Positions 21,101 through 29,127 of a stretch of DNA of 52,477 nt are shown piece after piece (positions within the stretch are counted from its first letter, which is position 1; each line of letters starts with the position of its first letter). The translations under genes were made by a program, and so were the position numbers. The stretch is from a virus (Duplodnaviria; Caudoviricetes): positions 1 to 52,477 of IMG/VR virus record IMGVR_UViG_3300033182_000988. One strand, 5' to 3'. Below the pieces are notes generated by a model. The model was not told where the DNA came from. It saw nothing but the letters and a program-made list of their open reading frames with translations, and ran no database searches.

Positions 21101-22062
21101 CTTCCGTTGTAGAGATCAGATCCAACTCCAGTTACACGGAATGAATCATCAACGTTGAGGTTATGTGCAACATCGGTTACGATACTTGCAACAAGTCCCG
21201 ATGAGGAAAGTTCAGTAACACCAAAGTCATTCGCAGAAAGATCACCAACGATCTTGAACTCAGGGCTGTTGGGTTCAAAGTCAGTTACAGTTGGGTAATC
21301 TGTAATCTCTCTGTTGCCAGTATCATCACCATAAGCATTCATCAACTTGAAGTAATACATATCAAGGTCAGTCAGACCTGTCAATGCCTTCTGGTTGACA
21401 CCATCTGCATACTCAAAGCAAGTCAGTTTGTGGTGAGAGAAACTTGGGTTTGCTTTTTGTGCGAAGTTTTTGTTATAGAATACTGATCTATCAGCATCAA
21501 ACATGGAGAATTGCCAGAAGTAGCAACCACCAGTTACACGGAACAATGCCGATCTGTCAATAGATGCATTGGTTGGATCAGGAACATACAGAGGTCTGAC
21601 CTTTGTCTTTCTCAGATCAAGACCAACAAGTGAGGTTCCCTTTGGAACAATGACACCACCATCAACAGAGTTGAACTTATAGAGAACGTTTGATGCGTTA
21701 TCTAAGTCAAAGATGGTATTGTTTGTTAACTCAAGGTCTGGAGATGCTACTGAATTCTCATTGACATCAAAATACTGTGGAGAACCACCATTATTTTTGA
21801 TGTAATATCCAGGTCTATTATCAATTAAGTGTGTTCCAGGATACAATAGGATGGTTGTCCTATCAAATCTGTCGTTATTTGCTCCACTCTGATAGGCAAA
21901 TCTCGCTGCCTCTATCAGTGCTCTCTGGATTGTTCTGAATGGTCTTGTTAAGGAGTTTCCCTTATTATCAAAACTATCAGTTGCGTCTAAATCTGATGGA
22001 TTTACATAAAGAATATTACCATCTGTGTTAATTAGAAAATTTTCTAACCTGGAAAGAGGCAT
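15178..22062 (-). CDS. Very large virion structural / tail fibre-like protein with probable beta-helix regions
   Basis: 2294 aa; MPLSRLENFL...LYVNPSDLDATDS N-terminus typical of cyanophage structural proteins; C-terminal IKDITIDGN...FKDLEIRNS resembles a pectin-lyase-like fold. Confidence 0.75.
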   Translation of the reverse strand: MPLSRLENFLINTDGNILYVNPSDLDATDSFDNKGNSLTRPFRTIQRALIEAARFAYQSGANNDRFDRTTILLYPGTHLIDNRPGYYIKNNGGSPQYFDVNENSVASPDLELTNNTIFDLDNASNVLYKFNSVDGGVIVPKGTSLVGLDLRKTKVRPLYVPDPTNASIDRSALFRVTGGCYFWQFSMFDADRSVFYNKNFAQKANPSFSHHKLTCFEYADGVNQKALTGLTDLDMYYFKLMNAYGDDTGNREITDYPTVTDFEPNSPEFKIVGDLSANDFGVTELSSSGLVASIVTDVAHNLNVDDSFRVTGVGSDLYNGSYKVSGISSATKFTYTLLDTPVDSVITIGGNEKVVIEADNVTGASPYIFNCSLRSTYGMCGLHADGAKATGFKSMVVAQFTGIGLQKDTNAFVIYNDTTGLYDTNDTAPTGTLKPLYINQDAVYKTGYENFHVKASNDAVIQAVSVFAIGFSNHFLAEDGADQSITNSNSNFGNKSLISKGFRKQSFDRDDTGYVTHIVPPKDTQEAEFNVLWRTLDPTTTVSAATTSRLYLLGETDFDNPPSNITNGFRVGSRNSELLYLDANIGGTNTQYSAPILMQVPSGDGPSTKKSFTVSSIDASSDTLTLDSAHNFFTGESVRLYSDNGVVPGGLENNQLYYVVSSSATEIRLAKSLNNANNGTVVDIKNTNGGILTLVSRVTDKIPGELGHPVQYDSAQNNWYVLSSSTTATNTIYNGFVGFSTEIASNNSSTYVRRLSENRDLNSRIYKLRYVVPKEFSNAKAPSKNFVLQESKTVSEESTIIDVNSNRNPRVIAGISTSGSTVTVTSERPHGLSVNDRVHIKNVKSSTNTTGADEAGFNGYYYVTSVSDTKTFTYTNANDGGAFTDNVSTRGSGLPVFERNEYDTTYTIQEVETVQEYVSGIQDGIYYLTCLIGNISPTVSEFSSLKFKQNLNYLYPTVDIDNPVNDPEQAVSAASDKLLGKVVVNDPLNSITKEFAINYLDDNRIGFAVTGAISSTSGVSTVYSALDHNLNTITGLGISEAGTGYGAGIVTTLYNLSLSGGDGSGATANVTVSAAGTITAVQIVDGGGAYGVGNTLSVPTGTGGVLRINSINDNIGDVIQVVGIGTTQNRNNSGYNGLYKITDVPSSKSVTYTAGTNPGIYTTSSGIFYVVDEALPISTVTGVAVTTLAGIVTVTTTKAHGLSVGNRIKITGVTGSAADTYNADFIVKEKVSQFSFTIKPTVGITTTAIGSAEVYKYGIGAFGEDTSLQSEKIGGSLLSMNAGISTTMSAGISTTATTLQVTSTVGFSTGSFLQVDDEVIRVSAVASDSNLTVIRGTLGTIAKPHDNGSVVKNIKVIPSEVRRFSSIRASGHTFEYVGYGPGNYSTALPQRIQRTLTQEEELLSVSKEEKGGIVFFSGMNDRGDFFTGERATARELFLGETGSDLTATFDDVYVRNTLRVGGGANRNLPSEFRGPVNFTNKITSTDAEDGINAIKLLLKGNNTVNPFFQIGPDANPSLIVNQSSEFVGIKTATPSYELDVNGTIRANVYENFKLSDLPNTSTEETTFKRDRVLKVNSAGNGYELVDAHELNAFKLRSYNISNDPTVYVGTGSTVGGKLVVSGIATAKFNVGEKVKLFGVTSTSDSVTVSGPVVGSSSFAQVGTSATVSTYRYWIAQYNYRNGKVGVSSQISPTSGIGMTSIENFNDLDHITLTLARTDTNHGILVYRQESVGAGTTNINDAKLVGILGPKELTNATAGILWKDYGVYEKTTWSTKGTKNEYDSDQIHFPNIATTGQRRGWALDEIVSIGASTITVNGAYNFNNATGFGTTDAVTVVHDNTYAISAAIDDTVASGGNYLDMPSGTYLANKIIIPTGFTLSGNGKNTIIKQQYFANDETDGGGNSLDFDGNFVGIGTTNASDVTIKDITIDGNNGNNILFDGELDNYLVYFRGISSSLFKDLEIRNSPAHGLYIYDSNRVSVENSSFVDGSLTDRYPFEPIQAQESEVLRINDSLFENYPGPVDLSVTSIVSTGGNIIRNCGTGLRTYATGKITTTNNIILGPSDEYIPSPDIYDSDYNSVNITIDRTADFFGPVLQYIVDGDAKDISSGKVSITSAGIGTIVGQGTTNETLGTPFLSFNITTPDTGTFGRQNGYIQLSMPLANTSTLGLSSALGYDIVAQEFLQQPSGFSTYIGIGTGVWNTIGAGATTYTVTLDDYTQASGISTGDVVKLVNHSVSPSLSQYSLTVQSKTTVGITSVELALTGFTTTSVIDGNQSGYISIRRTFTIAKGRVGVI

Positions 22063-22092
22063 TGTATCAGCACACTAATTTTTCTTCTGCTT

Positions 22093-22100
22093 TATTTATG
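22093..22100 (-). promoter_or_regulatory. Late promoter (CATAAATA) for the structural operon
   Basis: T4-type ATAAATA motif about 30 nt upstream of the ATG at 22062. Confidence 0.65.
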
Positions 22101-22129
22101 AACAACAAAACTATGTAAAAAAAGTACAT

Positions 22130-22195
22130 ACAAGAAGACCCCCCAAATGGGAGGTCAACCTGCACACGGAAGGTTTTGGTTCGGCAGTATCGCCA
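22130..22195 (-). ncRNA. Candidate small non-coding RNA (about 65 nt)
   Basis: Sigma70-like promoter TGGACA-N17-TATAAT at 22201-22229, followed by a short sequence ending in hairpin GACCTCCC-ATTT-GGGGGGTC plus TTCTT. Confidence 0.45.
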
Positions 22196-22259
22196 AAACT
22201 ATTATACACTATTTTAATAACTTTGTCCAGAAGCATATCTCTCTCTCTCTCTTTAGTTA

Positions 22260-22344
22260 AGCTGGAGACAGGATTTGAACCTGCGGTGTCCTTTCGGAGC
22301 GGCATTACAAGTGCCGTGCGTTCGACCTCTACGCTAACTCCAGC
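22260..22344 (-). tRNA. tRNA-Thr(UGU) with long variable arm
   Basis: Acceptor GCTGGAG/CTCCAGC, D stem GCGT/ACGC, anticodon stem CGGCA/TGCCG with loop CTTGTAA, T arm GCAGG-TTCAAAT-CCTGT. Confidence 0.85.
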
Positions 22345-22347
22345 AAA

Positions 22348-22617
22348 TTAATCAGCAGGTAACAGTTCTGGGTTCTCCAGATCCAATTCAAACATAAGAG
22401 GATGACACTCTTCATCAATCAAATAGAACGATGCGTAGTATAAATCTTCTGGTTCAAATCTTCTTTCGTTATCTGCGACTTGTAGAACTTCCTTATCGTA
22501 ATATAAACTTTCAGGAACTTCATCAAAAGTAAATGGAACTTGCTGGATGAAATACATGAGAACCAACATTGATTCCTTATTGTACCAAACATATTTGGTG
22601 TCAATACGGTATTTCAT
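22348..22617 (-). CDS. Conserved cyanophage hypothetical protein
   Basis: Start moved to MKYRIDTKY because the longer ORF overlaps the tRNA; CTAAATA late motif upstream. Confidence 0.7.
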   Translation of the reverse strand: MKYRIDTKYVWYNKESMLVLMYFIQQVPFTFDEVPESLYYDKEVLQVADNERRFEPEDLYYASFYLIDEECHPLMFELDLENPELLPAD

Positions 22618-22665
22618 TCCTGTTCCGTACTTTTGTTTATTTAGGAATTGGTTAAGAACTCCTAA

Positions 22666-22739
22666 TAGGCGTGGTCGGATTCGAACCGACACTGGATCGA
22701 TTTTAAGTCGATTTTCTCTGCCTGTTGGAATACACGCCC
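22666..22739 (-). tRNA. tRNA-Leu(UAA), short variable loop, intronless
   Basis: Acceptor GGGCGTG/CACGCCT, anticodon stem ATCGA/TCGAT with loop CTTAAAA, T arm GTCGG-TTCGAAT-CCGAC. Confidence 0.9.
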
Positions 22740-22746
22740 AAAAAAC

Positions 22747-22902
22747 CTATTCAGGTTTATAAGTAGATGGATTCATCCTACAGTATTCATTGAAAGTAAT
22801 CTTCATCTCCTTCCAAGTCAGTCCACAATTTTCTGCTGCTTTTGGAACATTCCACTTTGCTGCGAACAGCATTTGCATAGATTCCCTTGTTTCTGGACGC
22901 AT
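22747..22902 (-). CDS. Small hypothetical protein (51 aa)
   Basis: Manual translation MRPETRESMQMLFAAKWNVPKAAENCGLTWKEMKITFNEYCRMNPSTYKPE*. Confidence 0.7.
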   Translation of the reverse strand: MRPETRESMQMLFAAKWNVPKAAENCGLTWKEMKITFNEYCRMNPSTYKPE

Positions 22903-22959
22903 GTGAATAGTACTTTAAGATTTCTTGGTAGTGCTTGTAAGAATACTCAATCATTTCAA

Positions 22960-23130
22960 TCAATCAATCAACATGACATCACCACGAAGTTCGGCAAGTT
23001 TGATCTCAGCAAGAGTCTGAACACAAGTCCAGTATGCTTGACCACTGATGCAATTTTCATCGCAAAAGTACTCTGCCATGTCTTCTTGCAATTCACGAAG
23101 AGGAATCAGATCTTCTCGGTTGATTCGCAT
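22960..23130 (-). CDS. Small hypothetical protein (56 aa)
   Basis: Manual translation MRINREDLIPLRELQEDMAEYFCDENCISGQAYWTCVQTLAEIKLAELRGDVMLID*; consensus promoter upstream. Confidence 0.7.
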   Translation of the reverse strand: MRINREDLIPLRELQEDMAEYFCDENCISGQAYWTCVQTLAEIKLAELRGDVMLID

Positions 23131-23155
23131 GGTGTCGTCGTTTGATTACCTGCAT

Positions 23156-23184
23156 ATTATAACAGGTCCGAGTCCTGGTGTCAA
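23156..23184 (-). promoter_or_regulatory. Consensus sigma70 early promoter
   Basis: TTGACA-N17-TATAAT. Confidence 0.85.
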
Positions 23185-23187
23185 GCG

Positions 23188-23952
23188 TCAGTCAAAATAG
23201 GACTTGTTGGAGGGGTCACTCACAAAGTCCTTGAGTTGCTCCAATGCGTCTGCTCTCTCCTGGGTCTTTACCTTTGCGTAGTTGTACGCATGTCTCCTTG
23301 TATACTGTTCTTTGAGTTCAGTTTTTAAGATACCTACTCTGAATGTAGTCAGTCCAACTCGTTCTGCTCTTAACGCTGCCAATTCTCCTGTAAGGACATC
23401 TAACTCAGCACTCAATGCCGAACAGGTTTTACCAGGACAGGTAGCGATACCACTGGCATTTGCATCAACAGTGAAGATTGAATTACCAACACCACTTAGT
23501 GTTACAATTTGAGTATCAACTCCAACACCATAATATGTTGATGCAGTTGCAGTATCAGATCCGATTCCCGTTGTAAGATTTGCTGTCCCTAAGTTGTCAG
23601 TTGCATATGGATTGGTTCCTGTGAAGGTTGGATCTTCCGAATCTTGTCTTGGTGCCTGTACTCTTTCGTAGTATGAAGTAGTACCGAGAGCAATTGCAGT
23701 TCCACCAGCACCAGCAACTGTAGTTGCACATCCACAATAGATGATTTCGTCAGACTTTACGTCAATCTCATACATCTTTTGATTGATTGCAACCGTCAAC
23801 TCAGCAATCTTCTGGTCATACTTTGCCGCAGGAACAATCAAATCATCAATCTTATCCTGAATCGGGGTGACTAATGTTGGAAGATCTCTAATTTGTTGTG
23901 CTTGTATATCATATTCTTCACTTACAAACTTTATAATATTCTCTTTAGACAT
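23188..23952 (-). CDS. Hypothetical protein in baseplate operon
   Basis: 254-aa ORF with coiled-coil ends; start overlaps the stop of the upstream gene. Confidence 0.6.
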   Translation of the reverse strand: MSKENIIKFVSEEYDIQAQQIRDLPTLVTPIQDKIDDLIVPAAKYDQKIAELTVAINQKMYEIDVKSDEIIYCGCATTVAGAGGTAIALGTTSYYERVQAPRQDSEDPTFTGTNPYATDNLGTANLTTGIGSDTATASTYYGVGVDTQIVTLSGVGNSIFTVDANASGIATCPGKTCSALSAELDVLTGELAALRAERVGLTTFRVGILKTELKEQYTRRHAYNYAKVKTQERADALEQLKDFVSDPSNKSYFD

Positions 23953-24767
23953 TATTTTGTACCTCCGATCTCAGTTCCTTCGTACTCTGGTACTAATTTA
24001 TTAACATCCTTTCTCTCTGCAAACACAGTGTAATGATAATTGAACTGTGTTTCTCCCTGAACTATGACTCCACCACCTACTTTGATTTGATTATCTTTAA
24101 TATATTCTACATAAAGGTTTTGGTTTTGTCCAATAGGAGTTAGATTTACTGTGATTGTATCTTCATGAACTAAATCTTTCCAGTAGTCAGGAAGAGTAAT
24201 CGTATTGGTTTTGGATTTACCACGGAAGTAAACTCCAATCTCTGGGCCCTCAATGCAAGCATGTCTTAATCTGTATCCAGTTTTAGATGGATGTAAGATA
24301 TCAAATTGCTTGAATGGTGCAGCAACTGATGAAAATGTTGCTAGTCCAGTAACAGTAAGTGTTCCATTAACAAATGTTGATCCATTGATTGTTGTTACAC
24401 CATTGATTGTTGCTGCACCATTAAAAATACTGGCGGCATTGACAGTATTCACTCCATTGGTAGTCTGTGTTCCATTAAATATGGATGCACCATTGCAGGT
24501 ATAAAGTCCTAACTGGTTGGTATTTCCAACAAAATTAGATACACCAGTGACTTCTAATGAGAAAGGTAATGCACCAATACCAGGAATTGCAGCAGGTGGA
24601 CTAATAGTAACTCCTGCTCTGACTGTTCCGATCTGAGTTGATGCACCAAAAATACTAACTCCAGGATTGGTCAGTAACCCAGCACTTGTGTACCCAGCAA
24701 AAGTGAATACGGATGCATCAAAAGCACCAATAGCAAGTTTCGCTGCCTGAAGATATGATAATCTCAT
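23952..24767 (-). CDS. Baseplate spike-associated protein with beta-repeats and chaperone-like C-terminus
   Basis: xxxNG hexad repeats followed by KQFDILHP...LRHACIEGPE...LPDYW. Confidence 0.55.
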   Translation of the reverse strand: MRLSYLQAAKLAIGAFDASVFTFAGYTSAGLLTNPGVSIFGASTQIGTVRAGVTISPPAAIPGIGALPFSLEVTGVSNFVGNTNQLGLYTCNGASIFNGTQTTNGVNTVNAASIFNGAATINGVTTINGSTFVNGTLTVTGLATFSSVAAPFKQFDILHPSKTGYRLRHACIEGPEIGVYFRGKSKTNTITLPDYWKDLVHEDTITVNLTPIGQNQNLYVEYIKDNQIKVGGGVIVQGETQFNYHYTVFAERKDVNKLVPEYEGTEIGGTK

Positions 24768-24771
24768 ACCA

Positions 24772-25377
24772 CTACCTCTTGAAAAATGCTCTTGCTTTAT
24801 TTAAAACATTAAACACTGTATCAAATATAGTTGGACCAAGAATAGAATCAACTCCTGTTGCAGTTTGAACTGGTGCTGCTTCGGAGTATAAAGATAGATT
24901 ACCACCCGATAAAAGCATATCCAAAGTAGCACTGGCAGTAAACATTGTGCTATCAACTATAAATTCTGGTGTTCTCATGTATACAATTTTATTAGATTGT
25001 ATAGAAACACCACCATCAGCAGATGTGGAATTGATTAAAACATTACGACCTTCAAGAATTAAATCTCCGGCCTCTGCGGTGATTTTAATTTTTCCCTGAT
25101 CTGCACTGATTACAATAGAAATTTCTTTGTCATTGGAATCTTCACCAGAGCGAATTTCCATTGACTTGTTGGAAACTACTTTGGCGACACCACTCTTATA
25201 GAAATGAATTCCCTGAAGATTGTCAGTTGATACACAATAATCAGTTTCACCATGACCAATTGTCTTACTACCAGAAGTCACTTCAAATCCAGGGTGTGCT
25301 TCTCTATAGTAATCTGGACTGAAAGATTTCAGTTCATTTTGTATTAATTTTTTTACTTCTTCTTCTGTCATATACAA
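24772..25377 (-). CDS. Probable gp5 C-terminal beta-helix-like protein
   Basis: Directly downstream of gp5; GKIKITAEAGDLILEGRNVLI beta-repeats. Confidence 0.5.
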   Translation of the reverse strand: MYMTEEEVKKLIQNELKSFSPDYYREAHPGFEVTSGSKTIGHGETDYCVSTDNLQGIHFYKSGVAKVVSNKSMEIRSGEDSNDKEISIVISADQGKIKITAEAGDLILEGRNVLINSTSADGGVSIQSNKIVYMRTPEFIVDSTMFTASATLDMLLSGGNLSLYSEAAPVQTATGVDSILGPTIFDTVFNVLNKARAFFKR

Positions 25378-27617
25378 TCAATAACACTTGTAATACCAAC
25401 CAGAGTTCTTCTCGTACCAGAGGCAAGATTGTCCTTATTGGACAGTGGTTTGTATGCCATAATTGGTATCAAGGATGCTCCTCGTCCAGTGTCTGTATTT
25501 ATGGTGATCTCTGGATAGTCATCAAACTCAAAGTTAAATCCACTTGGAACTTGAATCTTAATAATTGATCCATTTGGAGTAGTCAATAATGGGAATTGAA
25601 CATCATTACCATTGATAGATGCAGTATCATTGTCACTATTATACCCGACCCCTGGTGCTTGAATGAATATATCATCTACAGTTCCTCTGACATTCTCATC
25701 AACAGATCCCTGAGTAGAACCAGCACAGTATCCAAATCCTGGATCAATGACTGCTACTTTATCAATAGATCCATCCTTCAATATCAATTTGACTCTTGCA
25801 CCAGTTCCATGTCCAGTGTTATCAATAACTGCGACTGATGTATCATTATCATATCCAGTTCCACCATTAACAATTTGTACCGAGAATATAGTTCCAAATT
25901 TAGAAACAATTGGTATCAATGATGCACCAGAACCATTACCAATGACTTCTATTTCTGGTGGAATACATTTATTATATGTGTATCCAAGTGGCATTGGGAT
26001 TATTTCACTCTGACTTGTTGGGTTATTGATCTTCTGATTACATGCATCAAAGACTGTATTATCAGTACCGAATAAAGTTGACGTTGCAACCGCACTTTCA
26101 ATAGATCCAAGTCCTTTATTAAGTTCCTCTGAAGAACTTCCTCCAGTTAAACCATCAACAGTAGTTAAGATACTATCAACTCTCATACCATTGTATTCTG
26201 GTATATTATTTTCTTCATCTGTGCCAAAGAAATTATCAATATCGTCTTCTATTGTCTGCCCAAACTGTGCAAGATCATTTGCAATATTATCAAAGACATC
26301 AACCTGATCTAGTTGCTTTTGCCAATCTGTAGCAGCAGTCTGAAGTGCAGCATTAGTTGATGAGATCCACTTACTTGGGGTGCTACACTTAAGGCCATCA
26401 CATCCAATAAAACTATAGATTGCAGTTGCAACGCTGCTTACTTGTCTTAATATATCTCTTACCTCTCCTATTCCACCCATCAACCATTCAAGTCCAGATA
26501 AGACAGGTGCTAATGCTTCTTCTAATAAATTAAATACCTTTGCAAAAATTGCAGACACAAACTGTTCCGCTGCACAGACTGGTCCGTTAATGATATTTCC
26601 AATTAAAGTTTCAAATAGATGAGTTAAGAACCCAATAATGTCTTGAATTAATTTTTCAAAGATACAAAATATCGTTGCCAGGGTTTGCATGAACCCCTTT
26701 TGTGCTGCAGGATCTGTTAAGTATGATGCTGGATTTTTTAAATTTGCAGTTCCCAACCATGTACTAAAAGTTACAGTTAGTTTTCCAATCAATCCATCTC
26801 TAATATTATTGATCACACTCTTGACCACAGATTGTGTTGTGCTTACAATCTTTTTGATCTTTGCTGGCATGTTTACCACTTTATTGAGAAGTGGATCTAC
26901 GAATGCACCAGCAGCAAAGTCTAGAGTATTTGTAAATGCAATGAAGTCTGTAAGTATTTGAGTTAGTTTTCCAATTGCATCATCGCCACAATTACTTGGA
27001 ATTATTTCAGTCTTAGTTGATTTTCTTTCAATTCCATCTTGTGCTGGACTTCCAGTTCCTCTTGGGTAACATACTGATGCTTCTGTTTTATTTGAACCAG
27101 GAGGAAGTGGATCTACTTTACCTTGATTTCCTTGATCAATTGGTTGGGTAGTAAGTTTTTTTATATTTGTTGGTTTACTTCCTCTATTACCTGTGAATGG
27201 TTGGAATCTAGAACTCTTCTCTTGCTTAAGTTCTTCATTAGTGAAACTATTTTCTACTTTTTCGTTACGATGAAGTAGACCCATGATGACAGGTTGTTGT
27301 GCCTCTTCTCCATCCATGAAGAATCCAACACAAGTTTCACCACCCTGAAGTGAAAGTACTTGCCCCTGACCACCTTGACCACTTCCACTTATGGGATCCA
27401 TCATCACATCTGCCCAAGGAAGATCTTCCTCCTTGAGCGTATTATCAAATGGATGATAGCCAATAATTCTAACTTTACATCTCTGACCTTTTTCGCCAGA
27501 TTGATCCATTACGGTGTTGATTGCTTTCCAGTAATCTGGATGTGCAACTCTTCCTATCCACCATACGAATCCATCTCTACCGAGAAGGTTAGATTTAAGT
27601 AAAGATTCTTCAATCAT
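25368..27617 (-). CDS. gp5: Baseplate hub subunit, gp5-like
   Basis: FVWWIGRV...RCKVRIIGYH...LPWA...GFFMDGEEAQQPVIMG gp5 N-terminal OB-fold signature. Confidence 0.85.
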   Translation of the reverse strand: MIEESLLKSNLLGRDGFVWWIGRVAHPDYWKAINTVMDQSGEKGQRCKVRIIGYHPFDNTLKEEDLPWADVMMDPISGSGQGGQGQVLSLQGGETCVGFFMDGEEAQQPVIMGLLHRNEKVENSFTNEELKQEKSSRFQPFTGNRGSKPTNIKKLTTQPIDQGNQGKVDPLPPGSNKTEASVCYPRGTGSPAQDGIERKSTKTEIIPSNCGDDAIGKLTQILTDFIAFTNTLDFAAGAFVDPLLNKVVNMPAKIKKIVSTTQSVVKSVINNIRDGLIGKLTVTFSTWLGTANLKNPASYLTDPAAQKGFMQTLATIFCIFEKLIQDIIGFLTHLFETLIGNIINGPVCAAEQFVSAIFAKVFNLLEEALAPVLSGLEWLMGGIGEVRDILRQVSSVATAIYSFIGCDGLKCSTPSKWISSTNAALQTAATDWQKQLDQVDVFDNIANDLAQFGQTIEDDIDNFFGTDEENNIPEYNGMRVDSILTTVDGLTGGSSSEELNKGLGSIESAVATSTLFGTDNTVFDACNQKINNPTSQSEIIPMPLGYTYNKCIPPEIEVIGNGSGASLIPIVSKFGTIFSVQIVNGGTGYDNDTSVAVIDNTGHGTGARVKLILKDGSIDKVAVIDPGFGYCAGSTQGSVDENVRGTVDDIFIQAPGVGYNSDNDTASINGNDVQFPLLTTPNGSIIKIQVPSGFNFEFDDYPEITINTDTGRGASLIPIMAYKPLSNKDNLASGTRRTLVGITSVIDCI

Positions 27618-27829
27618 CAGTCGTCATATACTAAACATTCTGGTGCTTCTGGATTTGCATCACAATAAAGTTCTAATGCTGTAGGATCATGAGAATCTTC
27701 TGGATGATGCTCTTTGTATGATTCTAATGCCTTCAACTCTTCTTGAGTATGACGACGCATCTGTGGTGAGATTGTAGAGTCGTCTAAAATTTCTTTGTCT
27801 TTCTCAATGTGCTTGTCAATGTTTTCCAT
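27617..27829 (-). CDS. cp12: CP12 Calvin cycle inhibitor
   Basis: C-terminal PTALELYCDANPEAPECLVYDD motif. Confidence 0.9.
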   Translation of the reverse strand: MENIDKHIEKDKEILDDSTISPQMRRHTQEELKALESYKEHHPEDSHDPTALELYCDANPEAPECLVYDD

Positions 27830-27837
27830 GTTTCTCC

Positions 27838-29127
27838 TTATTGATTTGGTCCGTAAAGTCCATAGGAATCTCTCATCAGTTTGAGAGATGTTGTGTTTTG
27901 TTGAGCGGAAAAATGATGTCTCAACTCCCTTATAACATAATTGCCACTTGTTTCTGAATCAACTTCTCTTGTTTTTCCAGAATTCATTTCGGGAAATTCA
28001 CAATAGATTATATCTCCTACTTTTAGATTTATGTTACATGGTATAAGAATATTTAGTGCCTGTGTGAACAGCAAATTATATCTAGAGTATGCTTTTGCCT
28101 GATCTGAAATATCTCTTCCCGACTGTGCAGTTCCGCCAGCAGGTGCCAATATACCATGATCAGAAGTTCTAACCATAATTCTGGAAAATGATTTTCCTAG
28201 TCCCTCAGATACAGCAATACTTTCTTGGTTGCCAAGTTGAGAAGCATTTTTAATTTCATCTTGAAGATAGTAGTTATAGATTGAGAATGTATGATTCTCT
28301 CTATTATAGAAGTATGTTTTGTTGGCATACATTCCAACACGTAATGCTTTTCTCAGGTCAATATTTTTCTCAAAGAAGTAATTCAAAATTGAGAAATTGT
28401 TTTCAATGTTTCCCGCTTCAATTACCTTACCATTATACTTGTAACTATACTTACTTTCTGTCTTTGTTACAATTTTGTCAATACTTCTAAAGTTGAATCC
28501 ATCCTTGTTCTCATAGAACAAGAATCCTGCAGTTCCTTTCGCAAGGCCTTGTTCTGTTTTATCTGCGCCATCAGTTCCAGTTTTCTTTGTGGCAGTAGAT
28601 ATAGACTTTGGTCCTAACCATTGCAAAACATGCAAAGGTTTCTTCATGTTACCAATGAAACTAAAAGTATTTGATGTTTCTTCTATGTTCTCAGACTTGA
28701 AGTTGGTCGTCTTTAAATCCTCTTTCAGGATCTTTGTTACAGTTTGATTTACTTTTCCCGAATATTTGGTGGCACATCTTGCAGTCTCATTTGTGAGAAA
28801 CTCTCTAGATACCAAATGCAAGGTAAAGTTCTCTGCTGTTTTCTCTGCTTCAAGTCCACTCACTTTGTAGACATACATCTGGTCAACAGCAAATTCTCCT
28901 GATGCAGTCTCTGCTTCTAGGAATAATCTTTCGCCTCCACGAATAGGAAGTCCATTAAACAATCCATATGCATTTGTGATTTGCATTGTCATTGTCACAC
29001 ATGGTTCCAGAATATCTTCAAAATAATCTACCGACAATACAGCATTAGAAATATCAAATGCATTGCCCCCATCAAGAGATTGTAAGACAACCGATCTATA
29101 TTGTAAACCCGATACTGCTTCTGCCAT
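27838..29127 (-). CDS. Baseplate hub / tail protein
   Basis: YFEDI...LPIRGGE, FLFYENKDGFNFRSID and SGNYVIRELRH motifs of hub-like proteins. Confidence 0.6.
   Translation of the reverse strand: MAEAVSGLQYRSVVLQSLDGGNAFDISNAVLSVDYFEDILEPCVTMTMQITNAYGLFNGLPIRGGERLFLEAETASGEFAVDQMYVYKVSGLEAEKTAENFTLHLVSREFLTNETARCATKYSGKVNQTVTKILKEDLKTTNFKSENIEETSNTFSFIGNMKKPLHVLQWLGPKSISTATKKTGTDGADKTEQGLAKGTAGFLFYENKDGFNFRSIDKIVTKTESKYSYKYNGKVIEAGNIENNFSILNYFFEKNIDLRKALRVGMYANKTYFYNRENHTFSIYNYYLQDEIKNASQLGNQESIAVSEGLGKSFSRIMVRTSDHGILAPAGGTAQSGRDISDQAKAYSRYNLLFTQALNILIPCNINLKVGDIIYCEFPEMNSGKTREVDSETSGNYVIRELRHHFSAQQNTTSLKLMRDSYGLYGPNQ

Noticed and set aside
22238-22252. (CT)n microsatellite as a phase-variation tract
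   Set aside because: Short, intergenic and outside the promoter spacer; no effect can be inferred
22111-22305. 64-aa ORF in the track
   Set aside because: Overlaps tRNA-Thr, a promoter and a terminator; likely spurious
22260-22344. Reading the long-arm tRNA as Tyr(GUA)
   Set aside because: The only good 5-bp stem centres UGU in a 7-nt loop; placing GUA centrally breaks the stem
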